From: Phoronis australis
Lineage: Eukaryota; Animalia; Phoronida
NCBI GenBank assembly: GCA_002633005.1
Contig: NMRA01000664.1
Span: forward strand, 1-64,000
DNA: 64,000 bases
Reading direction: 5' to 3'
In this document: in pieces, positions 13,220-27,639 of the stretch
Numbering within the stretch: the stretch's first letter is position 1
Layout of the letters: each line of letters opens with the position of its first letter
Notes under the pieces: generated by a model
The model's database searches: none
Seen by the model: the letters and a program-made list of their open reading frames with translations, nothing else
What the model was told of the DNA's origin: nothing
Made by a program: the position numbers and the translations under genes

Positions 13220-13308
13220 TGACTTTTGATTAAGTTGACACTTGTGGTTGCTAAAGTATTTAACCTTGTTTGCTACATACATGTATGGTCTGGACTTAAG
13301 GGGGGAAG

Positions 13309-13462
13309 TGTTATAGCTTGTTTAGTCGCCAGATGGCGTTACTATTAACACGTTTTTACCCACGATGCTCTTCTTCCGTTATGGCTGCTTACTATAGTTT
13401 GGGATAATTAATATAGTACTCAGTTATCTATTAACATCATTGTTATTCCCAAAGTTATCACA
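13309..13462 (+). repeat. Gypsy 3' LTR (154 bp)
   Basis: Direct repeat of 9110-9260, preceded by a polypurine tract. Confidence 0.95.
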
Positions 13463-16400
13463 GTGGTACAGTGGATAGTGTGATTTATCTCAATCATTTC
13501 TGATCATTCAAATTAGAAGCCAGTTATGTCTAAGCAACAGAATAAAATAAGATTTAACAACACCGGATGAACCCATGAAACTACAACAGGTGGTTTAGGC
13601 AGTTCCAATAGGAGTGGACCTGTGTTTTTTAACCAAGCAACACGTATGATCCCGAAATGACAAAAATGAGAAGGGGTTTAGCCCACAAAACCGAATTAAG
13701 GTTTTTATGAAATTATGAAATTATGGAATATCTCAATCGCATGGATAGCCTCTTGCTGGCCTCTACCAATGACCCACCTCCGTGTTCAAGTGAAAGGCGA
13801 CACGACGAGAATTGACTTAAATCATCAAAATAGGACTAGATTTCATTTTAACGCGAATACACGATGCGCTTTTGACCTATTCATATACATTTAAACGACA
13901 TTAGCATTGAATTTTCTTAAAGAATATAGTGCTTTATAATCCTTTTCAGCCCAAAGTTTGGAGAAAATTTGAACCCTCCGTTCGACGTGCTCTAAACCAT
14001 CATGCACAATTTACGTTTAAGAGGGCTTTAGGAAACCTTCGGGGAGAGATCATTTGTCAAGCACCAAAAGAAATCTAAAATGCAATTCAGTGTTTATTTA
14101 TTCTAATTAACCATGGTATTATTGATGCATCAATGGGGGGTTGTAGGGAATCAGGACCGGCTCAAATCATCAAAATTTTGCTTAGTAGGCCCATCCGTTA
14201 AATTGCTCCATATTCCCATATCACAACATGCCAGGGGATATTCCAAGTGTGTCCCGAGTTCTATGCGTCCCGGGATGTATGCGTATCGCGTTTTCTGAGT
14301 CCCGGTTTATGCATAGCGGAATTCTACTATTATGTGGCCTGGGATCTGTTGAGATAGTCCCTCTTTAAAGAATGCCCTAGCTGCATGGATTTGAACTGAA
14401 GCATACGGACGTGTTATTCAGTGGACTACATGTGCCTCGATGCTTCATTCAAATACACGCAACCCGGACAATTTCTCCACGGAGACAGAGGTTACTTTCA
14501 CAACGGGTTCTATGTGTCCTTGGTAAGCCCTCGACCAGCCAAGAATATCAACATTTGATCGCTCTTTGCGATAAAACCTAAGTCTTGCAAGCTAAAGGCG
14601 TATTTTCAATATCCAGCTTGAATTCGAAAATTCCATGGGTCATTGTTTGATTTGACAACGAGCCAGGTTAGACGATAGTGCGATAAACTACACTTTGGTT
14701 TATTAATTGTCGATTTTGGACGTATATAAGGATCCAAAAAGCCCCGAACCATTGCCATGTGGACCTAAATTGGCGATCATGGCTAAATTTTCCAAACCAG
14801 TCCACTTAACGCGTGGTTTGTATGGTATAAGACCGAAACATGCAAAACCCGGGACATTTGGAAACCAAAATACACAAAATAAGCTACGTAGAACCTATCG
14901 CACTTATAATCCAATATTCAGGGTAGAAATAACGCATAGAACCCGGAACGCAACACTACGCTGCCAACACGCAGCCCGAAGGTGCACTAATTCTAAGGTT
15001 CACAACGTGTACTAGTCCGAAGGTACCTTGCTACGAAGGTCTACTACTATGGACTATGACACGTCCTTCTCAAAGTGGTGAAAGAGCCAACAGTTGAGAT
15101 TTCCCAGAAATGAAAAACGATGAAAATCGGGTGTGCGACCGCATCAACTAACCGGCTTCGGTCGGGCGAGTCTACTCTTAGAATTAAAACCTTTTCTTGG
15201 AAATTTAGTAGGTTGAAGTATTGGTGGTTGTTTGATGGGGAAACATAACATCCATTCATTGGCCCTGCAGGAGCTGCCAGAACCTGAAGACGAGGACATT
15301 GTTATACTTTAGAATATTGTGCAGGCTACGTAACAACACCATCATATTACTTTCGTGATTTTACACTGTTTTGTGATTAGTTGAAGACTGGGACAAGGAT
15401 GGTTCTTAATGTGATCCAAATATATTACTTATCATTCATGTTTGTATGAAAACAATATTGTAACATCGGAGACTCACTTTTCTGCATTTACAGGTGCAGT
15501 AGGCCTACGTGGTTTTGTCACATTTATGAAAAAGTTCTTTTCCTGCTGAAAAAGACCCTGATTTGATGGGATACTCGAAAGACTTGTGCCTGTTGTTTGC
15601 GTATGCATGAAGAAAGTTAGTGTTTTGTCTTATTCTGTTCACCCAAAGCATCAAGAGATCCGTCAATATCCACAGGACCTAAAACGTAACTCTAGATGTG
15701 CGAGCTTGTTAGGTTTTGGATGCATTTAAAAACCAACCACAGTTTGTACAGCGGCTCAAAAAATACCTTAAATTCCCCCTCTTTCAACAAACAGGGGAGT
15801 GCAAACGGTAAAGTCGAGCCTTCGCGTACAGTGTACATGTACATGTACAATATTCCGTGAACTATTATGGATTAAGGCAAAAGCCTTCAAACAGAATCGG
15901 ATCCCAAAGAAATAATTTCAATGTTATTAGAAATTACCCGTTTATATTGAACTTTTACCAGATACCCCCGTGATCAGTGACGACTGATCTTAAAAGGTAA
16001 ACATCAACAACACGTGCACCCGTTGTCGAACACCAGAAAGTCGGGCACACTTGTTTTAACCAAAACCTAACGCAGTGTAACAGGGAAACCTTCGCATTAT
16101 GACCTTTTAGAACAACTTTCATCAACGTGTATTTTAATATAGTAACGATTTATTTCCATGTTCACACTCAGAAAAAAATGACACTTTGAGTGAATTTCGC
16201 AGAAGATTTTCTACACATCCTGTACAAAGTGCAATTTATCGCCGTTTAGTGCGAACAGTAAACGATACGGCATATTTTCTCAACTGCGATTAAGACCGCA
16301 AAATTGCACTGAAAACGTAACCTGTTCAAGCATAAAATTAATGACACTTCCTCAATAGGTTTTGTTGCAACATACATGTAGGTACACAAGTTATGCTGCC

Positions 16401-19309
16401 TCCCTGGGTTTAACCCCCATCTCTTCTAAACACAAAAAAACAGTTCGTGTATAGCCTTGCGGAAGTGGGATGCGCCTCGTGAGTCGGATGTGGTGGCAAG
16501 GATGAAGTTTTGTGACCACAGAATGTCGTGGAAATCAAATTAGGTTCACCCCAAGCAACATTCTCACGTGGCGTTTAGATTTTATGTGAGTATGCATTGA
16601 ATGTCGATAGAATGCGAAATCCCACCAGTACCGTGTGCACAAAGAAACTAAAGCATGGGCGGCGCACCATAGGGAGCTGGGGTGGGGGGGGTGGCTAGAC
16701 GCCCCAATTTTTTCAGTGTTGCTGTGCCCATGGTCTTTGGCCGGTGTACAACAAGGGGCCTGGGATGGTCACTGAACCAGAACCCCGTTACCAACCTGAA
16801 CATCAAAAACACAACAGTTAATGCTCATAAATTGTACAAACATGACTAAACTGCTCTAATATACACTGAATAGAAGCAAGTATTAAGTTTGTGGACGCAT
16901 TTTATACAATCATGTTATAGACTATTTAGTGTTGCTTTAGTTGCACGTATTATCACAGCTTTGAAATATTTTGAAAGGTTTAGAAAACTTCGAACACAAG
17001 CATGGGAATTTTGATTGAACAAAGTTGGTTCCATCCTCTCCAAAGGAGTTCTCATGACGACCATGAAGAGACAACGACTGCAAGACCTTGCAAAAAGATT
17101 GGATATCAAAATGTAACTCACGGCTACCAAGATAGCAACACTCAGGGAATATAACGCCCTCATAGCTCTCTTTGTGGCCAACTTAGGAAACAGTTCACCG
17201 TTCGACTTTTTTATATTACGTGACTCATGTGCCGCGACAGATTACAAATATTTCTGTAAATGCGTCAGGTCAATGAAAGATTACCGTTGTCAGTATATAT
17301 GTCATGACATTATCTTCAGTAGGTTGACGGTACCGCTTTTTTCTGTTTCCATTCGGTTTTGATTGCTAAAGAGTACCAATAACAAAGTAGCATGATTGAA
17401 TGAGTCGCGTACAATGTATTGCGATGGGTAGCGAACACTTGGCGTTTTGGTGAGCTTCACACGTAGATGGAACACAGCCCCGGTCTTGACATGTTTTTGA
17501 AAAAATAGTAAAACAAATAACACCACTTTTTAGTAAAATACACACTTTTCAACTAAAAAAATACACAATTCTCAACTAAAAAAAAAAAAAGAAATTCTTA
17601 ACACGGGAGAGTCAAGGCGGCTGTGAAGCAGGTTCTGGTGTCAAATTTTCAATATTAGCTGTGATCAAATAAGACAAGAACAAAAACCACCACTCGGTGT
17701 GGAGATTAAGGATTTTATTACACTTTGGCGGAAGATACTTCATCTGTTTTGGATGAAAGTGCAACAAACCATTTGTGCAAGCGTATTCATCAGCATACTT
17801 AACACTGCAAAGGCTCTTGAAAAGCGGAAAATGACATGTACACGTACTTAACACACCCGGACTCTAATTGCACGCCTCGACACACGTTGACCTCCTTAAG
17901 GCCGGCAAGGATATGCATCATTAATTCAGCTTTGTACATGGAGGGAAGAAATCAAACTTATGCAATAATTCTGTTAGTCCTACACACTATGTCTAGATAA
18001 TCCTTACAACTTTTACATAGGCAAGTTTTCCTTTAATGCAAACATTGGGAATAAAAACGATCACGGTATCTATATTAACGGAAGTTTATCAATCGGTTCT
18101 GTTTTGATTTTCTCAGTTCTCATTACTGGCTTTTCACTGACGCGCATAATGTAGCATAGGCGGATTTAGAGGGAGACACAGCCCCGCTCAGGAGGCCACA
18201 AAATGTGTGGCAGTGTTAGTGTTGGTGTGGTCTCTGAATTCGTCTGTCGGCACTAAGTACATGTAATGCGATGCAAAGAAGTTGAACATCAGGACTGTAT
18301 CATTTTCCATTGGTGCAACATGGTAGAGATCAATACTAATTATGTCCTCACACTATAAGTAACTTGACTTTTAATTTCAAAAAATAAAATATTCAAAATG
18401 TTTCGAAAATTTTTTACAGACACAGTTTTGAACAGGCTTTTAGACGATGTTTTGTTTTATTTTTCACAACATCCCGTTTTTTAAATTATATTGGGTTTTC
18501 TGATGGCGCTGTTCCGTTTTTGACGGATTTTTCCTGAATTTGTCTTGGTTTAACTTCTATTGAACATTGATATATTTCTTATTAATTTCTCTAACATTCA
18601 TTCGTCATACATGACGGCCGTCATGAACACCATCACCGTCACCATCGCAATCAGCATCATTATCATCAACTTCATTCGTTGTCAGTCGCTTTTCATTCAG
18701 TGTTGCAAGAGTCGCTCTCCAGATGAACTTTCAATTCTTTCTCAAGCGCATATTTTGCATCACGAGACCCAAGTCTCTCAGTGTCGCTGCTCTTGTTGCA
18801 GCCTTGGAAGTTATGCACGTTATCGTTACTGATGTCAAATTTTCTTTGGAAACATCCCCGCCTTCAGTTGTCAAACAATTTTGCCAAGTCTCACTTCTAT
18901 GACCAATTTTATTTGTTTTTTCGGTTGTTCGCCACATCATCTAAATGCTACCGCTCTTTGACATGCAGTTGACAACCATGTAGCATTGTAATCTCCTGTG
19001 CGACAAAGTCATAATTTACCGCTCAGCTAAGAAGAGAAAACGTGACATTTTATGGGTTGTTTTGGCACCAGTAATTTCTCGTTTTACTATATGACATCCA
19101 AAAACGCTGTCGTCTATTTTGGGTGTTATCTCTCCCGTTTGACAAAAACAAAAACGCTGTCGGAACTTGTTTGTTTGTTGCGGCTAACGTTTCAAACTTA
19201 CGTTTTCTTAGACCCAGAAGTCCCGCTTTTCAATTTATATGTTCTGTTTTTTTGATTTTTGAATATTGACCGTGGCAACTATGCAGCAGGTGTTCAAAAA
19301 ACATTGTCT

Positions 19310-20740
19310 ATTTATGTGCCCACATATATTTATATGTGGACGCATTATGTCGGCATCTCTGTCAGTCCGGCGTCCGGCGTCCGCTGCTCTATCTCCGAAA
19401 CCGTTTGACATATCACCATGGAATTTTGCACATGTGTTTCTTTTTATGGATGGGACAGGATAAGGGAACTTTCGATTGGACCCGACTAACGGTGTTTCCC
19501 CCAGTGGCAATTTTAGTTTTTCAGACGTACCTCAGTATCTTCACTGAAAGGTCCTCGACGTTTATTTATATGGCATATATGCATCTATTAATGAGATGAC
19601 GCTATCCCCTGATTTCAGATGTAGTCGACGTAGTTTACGCCACATAGTGGTCATTTTTATTTTTTTCGAGTTTTTTGCTTGGCGTCCACCCCTCTATCGA
19701 CCAAACCGCGCTAACGATGATTGTAAAAATTGGCAAGTAGAAGACGGCTGACGATGATTTTCCAACGTCTTTGACAACAGTGGCGCGTGGCAGTTTTTTT
19801 CTTGTGCCCATGGCTGTACCTGTATCTCCTAAATCGTTTGCAGTATATTTACTAAATTTAGTAAGTAAGTGTATTTGTTTAATGGTAGCAGCAGACGAGG
19901 AGAACTTTTGGACGGATCAGAGTGTTGGTGTACCCGCTGGTGGCAATTTATTTCGTATGTTTACCTCTGTGTCTTCAAAGGTTGGAGACGAATTTTTATA
20001 AAATTTGGGATAAAGGCACGTATTNCTTGGCGTCCACCCCTCTATCGACCAAACCGCGCTAACGATGATTGTAAAAATTGGCAAGTAGAAGACGGCTGAC
20101 GATGATTTTCCAACGTCTTTGACAACAGTGGCGCGTGGCAGTTTTTTTCTTGTGCCCATGGCTGTACCTGTATCTCCTAAATCGTTTGCAGTATATTTAC
20201 TAAATTTACTAAGTAAGTGTATTTGTTTAATGGTAGCAGCAGACGAGGAGAACTTTTGGACGGACCAGAGTATTGGTGTACCCGCTGGTGGCAATTTATT
20301 TTCTATGTTTACCTCTGTGTCTTCAAAGGTTTGAGACGAATTTTTATAAAATTTGGGATAAAGGCACGTATTAGAGAGATGACGCAATGCACCCGTTTTC
20401 AGAGGGATTCGATGTAGTTTGCGCCACCTGGTGGCCATTTTTACTCTTTTCGAGTATGTTTGTTGGCGTCCACCCCTCAATCGACCAAACCGCCATAACG
20501 ATGATTATGAAAATTGGTATGCATGTTCTTACTATGAAGAGGCACGGCTCCAGATGATTTTCCGATGACTTCGACTTCTGTGGCGCATCCTAATGAAAGA
20601 TTTTTTGCGCCTAAGGCTGTATCTATTAAACCGTATGCTGGATCTTTATCAAACTTAGCAAATGTATTTATGTGATGTTGACAACGGACGACCACGATTT
20701 TCGGACGAATCCGACTACCGGTGTGCCCTTAATGTCATTT
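19310..20740 (+). mobile_element. Helentron-associated (HINE/DINE-like) non-autonomous element with an internal tandem array
   Basis: 5' hairpin tgcccacatatatttatatgtggacgca, then a gtccggc/gtcc microsatellite-like stretch, then diverged tandem units sharing ttggcgtccacccctc.atcgaccaaaccgc. This matches HINE-type architecture. Confidence 0.5.
19678..20372. repeat. Near-identical 347-bp direct duplication on either side of a single N
   Basis: 19678-20024 and 20026-20372 differ at only a handful of sites, with N at 20025. Confidence 0.9.
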
Positions 20741-23700
20741 TATCAGCGAAGACTATAATGCAATAAAACAATGGCTGAAATAAATCAAACTGTCGTGGAC
20801 TAAAACGGGTTTTCATCAAATTGGCTTCCGAAATTGTATTCTGCGTGAACAAAAATGTTATTGACATTGATTTCCGAAGAAATACAACAAATGTTAGACA
20901 AAATGCCATTGTTTCTGTTGTGCTTACCCAGGGAAGTTTGTTAAGTGTTAACTATTGGTTTATGACATGTGAGCGCCTACAAGAGATTGCAAGATTGCAT
21001 AAAAATAAAAACTTGTTACCTGATCCTGGAAACTCCATTCGTCGGGAGCTGATGATGTACATGTACGGGGTAGATTTTTGACTATACCAAGAAACTGCTC
21101 CTGTTAATAAAAAAACAATGGAAGTCACACAGGAACACATTATAAATTCGAGCAGACATTCATCTATTTGATACATTTTCATTCAAACAATTCGAGAAAG
21201 GAGGCGTTAAGTGTGTGAATTGCTTCCTTCCATGTGGCAAATACTATGCAAACATGACATATCATGTCGCTTTCCTAAAATACACTGTATAACAATGCTA
21301 CATTTCTCGCACTGGCATTCGAAGTAAATTGTAACAGTTGCATAAAATGTAACAGCTTGTTACATTTTAGGAGAGACCTGCAATGTAATATGTAACAGTG
21401 ACGTAAAATGTAACAGTTGTTAATTTTAGGAAATTGATACATTTTACGTCGCAGATGTATTAGTGCCCCCACGGAAACCACATTGGGTAGGATGTAGCAA
21501 GCCATTACATTTAAAACAAAGTTAATTATAAATAAGTTATTTCGGAAATCTTAAAACAGGAAGAACAGAGATAGGCCAGTGTATATTTAAATTAACGGGT
21601 CTCCATGTACAGTAGCTGGTTGGCTGGCTACAAGATTTGCAATTTTGTGTTACGGTGGTGACAAGATAAACGCCAAATTGGTTATTCTGAAGATATTATA
21701 GACTTCGATTGGTGCGAGCGGCATCTCAACTTTCGACACAAAATGGGGTTCCTGATGGTGCTGCTCTATATTAAAATGCCTTCTTAATTAAAGTCCGGGG
21801 CTTGCTGTGATACCGTATGTTGGTGTTTATCAACTATATCTGTGTTTCAGATATTAAAATGAATATTTTGCCACCATAGTGGGCCTTTAATTCTGGTAAC
21901 TTTATTCTGTCGATATATTGCTTTCATTTTCATCTCATTCGGTTATTGTTTTTCACATTGATAGTTGTAACGTTTCGTATCTTCATTAAGACTTTATAAA
22001 ACGCTATATTCTTATACAGTGAAAGCATTATAACAATCCGTTCCAGAAAAGATTTGACATGCCATTTTTATTTTAGATTTCCGAATTTTTGTGGTTGACA
22101 TTTAACGTGGTATTTGAATGAAGTTGAATGATTGCAATTACGTGATTTGAAACATGGCAACTTGCAATTACTGTCAAATGTAAAAAGCAGACACACAGTG
22201 ACATGCTTCACTACTAAACAATCGGTTATAAATATACTACTTTTCATACATAACAATATTGTCTTGTTGTCGATGTTATTTATGTACCAAAAACAGGTTA
22301 TGTCCGGTAAGGGCCTTTTACCATTTGCAACAAAATAGTTTTTGTCGTATACGACTTAGATTTCTTGGCATTTCTTTGAACTTTAATTAACAGACACACA
22401 AATGCCTAGAACAGCTCAGAGAATGTCATGCAAAATTGTACAAAATTGACATTTCCGTTTCTAATGCAAGTGAAGAAAACAATAACAGAAAAGGACGGAT
22501 TGAAAATGGACGTTTTTTTCTGGATCAAACCCATGCTCTAATGTGGGGCTCTGAGTGAGGGAAGTCGGTACTTATACCTTTACTACTATTAGATGTTACG
22601 TGATTTCAGGTTTTAAGCGGGGTCGGTAAATAAACTTAGACTAACGATTTACAATAAAATATTCTAAATGTTTCTGGAAGGAGACCAGAATTTCCAGGAC
22701 TTTAAACTGGTGTACACTTTGATACTGTTTTATAATAGTTGGTGTTTTGTAGCAATTACGTGAACATGTGAAAACATGAGGAGAAGATATAAAGAGGCAT
22801 TATCTGAGAAAGCAAAATCACGAAATGTTGGTGGAGTCACTTTCACAAATTAAATTGATACTCAGCACATCACTCTGTGCTCTTATATGAATGACTAAAT
22901 CACATATTTTTACTTGGGTTGATTCTGTAAAATATAAAATAGTACCGTCCCCTGGGGCTTTTCTCTACACAGAGCAAGAACGTCAACAATAGCAAAATAT
23001 GCAAACTCTAATGGAGCTTGTTGACCAGTGTGTGACTTTAAAGATTGTGATTATTTAAGCTAAAGTCATTACTGTCGTTTAATATTGATTTCGTCTAGCA
23101 TCGGATTGGTTTTGAATTTCACCTCTTTCCGAAATTAGAAATCCGATTTTGAAAACGTGTAACGAATTTTCATTGAAAGAGCGATGTAGCTGAAAAGCAA
23201 AAACCTCCTTTGCTTTCAGCAATACCTCGTGGAATTATTCACACATTCCCGGCAATCTGACTTCATTCGTGGGCACTCTCTTCACAATGGCCAGTTGAAG
23301 ATAACGTCTTATTACATTACAAAACTCACCTAATTATACACATCTAAACTCAAATCGAAAGTTTTTACTTAATTAATATTTTCCAATGAATACATTTTTA
23401 AATACCCCATTTTAATTGACCGATAAGAGTTTGACGGGTATTAAGAGAAGAGATCAGGTGCTGGGAATGTAGCATAATAAAGCAATTTGAGCAGATACGG
23501 GCTGTTCGTGCTCTTGAATATAGACAGCAAAGTGGTCTGTAGACGGCGATGAAAAAATGTGTTAACAAACTCTTACGAGAAGTGACTGAAATAGTTCCAA
23601 TACCTGCGCTACATAAACACTTTGGAAGACGTAACAGAATAAAAAACCTCCTGAACAGACCTGGATTTGACAAGGTCTCGGCTGCTGAGCCTACGGTCCG

Positions 23701-26478
23701 ACAGTGTGTCCCATTCACACAAGAACTTCTTGCCGTCAAAACACAGCACCTTATCAGATCATGGAAGGGAGAAGAGAAATGATCTTACAGCTCCAAGACG
23801 TTGACGCACAATTAGTTTAGTTGTCTTGGAGGAAATAAGAACTGAGAGTGAGAGCAATGTGACTTCCCGAAATGATCAGTTATCCATTGGTTTGAGCAAT
23901 TCTGGATACTAGTCCTCTAAATTAACCAAAAGCAACATAGGAACGAGTTACTGCTGAATAATATGCATCACTATTGGGAAGCCATTGGTCCGTAATTCCT
24001 TTCATTATGACGACATTGACCTAAACACACTATGTTGGTATTGTTCGAGTCCGCTCTAAACGTTATCTTTCCAAACAGACCTGGCAATGACCTAATAGCT
24101 CAAACTCTTACGCGACAGCAATTGCTGTCCTCACGAACACTTCTACAGCACTTCTCACTTGTGAGTGTGCAACTAAACATTGTTAAAAAATTATAGATTA
24201 TATGCCAGACTTGTACTCACTATTAAATATATTGCAGTGATTTGTACCTCCTGCAGAAAACAACTATTTACTTAGGAGATAGCAGAATTGTTAGAGGAAA
24301 CAGCCAAGGCAAGACTTGTTCCTTCAAGTAACACGTGTAAGACAATGGATTAGTACCTAATATTTCAAGTGAGGTCTAACTTAATGGTTGATATTCTTGA
24401 AAACAACCGTCACAAGCTTTTTCATTTGACAAGAGCAACATGTTATAAAAAATCCTATGTACTGAGTTTCGCAATGATGAAGTTAGTTGTGTCATTCATG
24501 AACCTTTTTTCAGATCACTTTGTGAATTTAGATTTTCTGTATTTTGTGTCTCGATCCCTTTTAACCTCTATAAGCGGCTGGAAGACTTTCCTAAGGATTA
24601 TTTTAAAAACCCTTCATCCCCTCACTCCATAATCCCTCGACGCACGACCCCCTTGACCCACAACCCCCACGACCCACGACACCTTCTACACACGACCATT
24701 GGCAACCAATGTATCTTTGCGCTCTTTACACATTTCATAACCATACGTTGCCGAAAGAGTTCTCCTTGAGACTTACCTATACGCGAATCTTCTTTGGCTG
24801 AAGTTTGGTGATTGAAATCAGAAAGTTACGTAATAACGTGTCCTGGATTAGTAAATGGGGCTATTCGACAATCTTTACATTGCAAGAGGGCGTGCGTGTA
24901 CTAATGGTGATAGATTAAGCAGCCTCGATTTCACGAGCCTTTTAAATACATTGTGAAATTGCTTGCAGCCGGGTCAACTGAATCTGAGACAGCGTGAAGA
25001 GTGGTTGGTGCTTCTACGAGAGGAAATAAGCATGACCTTTTATAAAGGTAAGGTTTGTGACAATTTTAACATTTATTCCATGTTTAAAATACTGGTACCT
25101 GTTAATTGAGGTACTGGCCGACGTTCGCGGCAGTCGCCAGTCGGGATAATCATCGTTTCTTGTGATGTGTGTTACGATACTTGACGTAGCAATTTTCGTA
25201 TATCAAAGCAGTATTATTCATGTTTGGAATGATTTCTAACAGATTTATCATTGACAGTTCCATCAATCAACGCTGAATGTTTTTGCTGTCAACTCGATAT
25301 TTGTTAGTGAGGTAAGATTACAACCTAAGCCCAAAGGGTACTTGACAAATATCCATTAGACCATTTGTTTAATCCCTATCCTATGCCGTCCGGAAATCTA
25401 TTACACGTTCACATGGAAATATATCATGTCTGCTTTCACATGACCTTTGGTTTTTAGGTTTGAACGCTAGTACCGTGAAGAGGAGATATGCATTGCTTCG
25501 GCAACCGTACCTGAAAATACAAAATTATTTGTAACAGTTGGCTGAAGGCGGCTAACCAGCAACATCTTCCTATCCAGTGCAGATCTGTTGTCAAAGTCTA
25601 CTTTCTATGTCGGATATAAAGAACAAAGCCTTTGGAATGGGACAGCTATTTTTTAACAATGGTTTGTATGTTGTTTCGTTAATTTACTTATTCAGGTCCT
25701 AAGCAACTCATTGGGTGTAAATAATAGGTAATAGAGTACGGGAAAAAATGGTGAGGTAATTCTTAAACTTCATGAATTTTTTTCACGTTTCATGAAACTG
25801 TTTTTCTATCCACTGTCAACCCTTAAAAACATATTACATTCTGTAAACTCTTAACAACTGAGCAGTTTTCACTCATGCCTTAAAATTTTACAAGTTGTTT
25901 ATGCAAACAATGGTGCCTCAGGATTTTTAAATACCCTTAATCAACAGAAAGATTATCGATCATTTTTATGTGACCCAAGTTTTCATATCCACTTTGATAA
26001 GAAAAATAAAAAATATGAGAAACGGTTTCCTCAGCCTTAGACCAGACGTGTTCTTCACAAACCCACGAGTCTTTAATCGGTGTTCATAATTGCTGAAAGT
26101 ACGTGCATCAAAAATCCCACTGTTTGAAAATGGTAACAAATGTTTGGAGTTGCATCAAATAACCTGCATATTTTTAGACAAGTGATGAGACTAAAGCGTT
26201 GTTATGGCTAGGAATGAAAAAATAATTTTGTAGTTCTATAAAAATCATTACTTATATTAAATACAGCTATGCATTCCGGATATAGTTATTATTTTATTTT
26301 GGGTGAAATTGTAAAGCTGTTACCATATCATATTTTTGAAAAACAGGGGAAACGTTTTTATGCAACCTGACGTACTTAATTGTTCATGTTTCACTATTTG
26401 TTCCAAGTTCAGTAACATTTCAAGGCCACTTCAAGCTGCAACATAGACAAGCTTTGTTACTCCTTTCTCTTCCCACAG

Positions 26479-26905
26479 CATGTTGTCCACACACCAGCAG
26501 TGTTGCATGGCACAGTGTACAAGCCAGTGGTACTGGAGAATTTTTAATCGCAATAATAAGTTACCACACGAAAATGTGCCAGTGGACTGTTTGTGTGTGA
26601 AGAGGAACCATATCTGACTGATACACCGGCCAGCCTCATTGGTGAGGATGCCCTTTCACAGCCAATGAGTGGTGTGGACAACAATGGCTGATTTCCTTTC
26701 TTGGAAGAAACAAGAGGGACTGAACCTAAAGAACACTTAGTAACACTCTGGTCTAGTTCAGGGTCAGATTTTGAGCACAAAGAGAGTCAAGTGATATGAT
26801 GTTTTGTTTACCTTCAATTATCTAATTGTAGATGTTACTGAGGCTGAATGAGGTTACGCAAAGGAAATCCACGTGACAAATCTGGACCTTTTTAAAGCCT
26901 TTTTA
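26479..26905 (+). pseudogene. YqaJ / lambda-exonuclease-like (PD-(D/E)XK) exon, decayed
   Basis: After acceptor ttctcttcccacag: TPAVLHGTVYKPVVLENF..KCASGLFVCEEEPYLTDTPASLIGED, then in a shifted frame LNLKNT**HSGLVQGQILSTKRVK*YDVLFTF..NLDLF. This follows the YqaJ order HG..YE / GLFV..PYLGASPDGL / YYxQVQGQ. A SAP-like exon (STRGNKHDLL) sits at ~24990-25048. Confidence 0.7.
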
Positions 26906-27639
26906 TTGGGCCATTGAAACTCGATATCAGTGAAATGAAAAAGCATTTGATATAAATACCTGTCCTTTCTCTCTGAGCGACATTAATTTTTCCTTTCAGA
27001 AGAAAGGCTTTATACTAAAGGTAAAAACTTTTACAACTTGGTACGCATTATTTTGAGAATGACATCCAGGGACTGCATCGATTGTCTTATTGTCAGTAAA
27101 AAGCCCGTGAGTGTTACACGTTGATGATCGAATAAATTTTCATCAACAGGCAAATAAATACTCAATTTAAATAATCAAACCACAACATTTCTTCAGTTTT
27201 AAAGCCCCATACAGTGCAGTTGTGGTTCTTGTTTATAAAGCTGAAGTGATTACCGATTACACTAGCAATTGCAATTTACCTGTTGACCCATAGAAATTTC
27301 CGGCGATCAAAATGAAATATTTCCTTTGATTCCATTCGATTTGTTTATGTGTGAAACTATGTTTTTAGCTTTCTTAAGAAGGCTTTTGAACAGTTTTAAG
27401 TTTTATTTTAACTTGTCTAGAACAAAAGTTCCACATGTACATGTACGCAAAGTATGTTTTCAACCGTATTTAAGTGAATAAGAATCTCCTATGCACAAGA
27501 TTTGAGAATAAATAGTAATCGATGTATTTAAAAATGGCAAACTGAATAACCCCATATACACAACGGAAGCACATTTTTGTTAAAAACAATTGTAGTTTTC
27601 CCAATGTAAAAGAGTTCGTAATCAGTGATATCAAAGGCT

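Larger units (their letters stand above)
9110..13462 (+). mobile_element. Full-length Ty3/Gypsy (Mag-like) LTR retrotransposon with frameshifts
   Basis: TG..CA LTRs at 9110-9260 and 13309-13462, PBS TGGCGACGAG at 9263, PPT aaggggggaag before the 3' LTR, TSD gtggc/gtggt. Gag has two CxxC knuckles; protease VDNGS; RT YLDD; RNase H; integrase (HLDYAGP, PYHPASNG.AER) after RT/RH. Confidence 0.95.

Noticed and set aside
16915-17181. 88-aa hydrophobic ORF, or a recombinase-like fragment on the opposite strand
   Set aside because: No catalytic motif or splice support; stops occur in the plus frame.
18600-19000. Transposase C-terminus (Mutator-like) on the minus strand
   Set aside because: Only a vague resemblance in short, low-complexity, stop-ridden frames.
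19917-20480. 187-aa ORF with an internal repeat
   Set aside because: It spans the N and the 347-bp duplication inside a non-coding repeat element.
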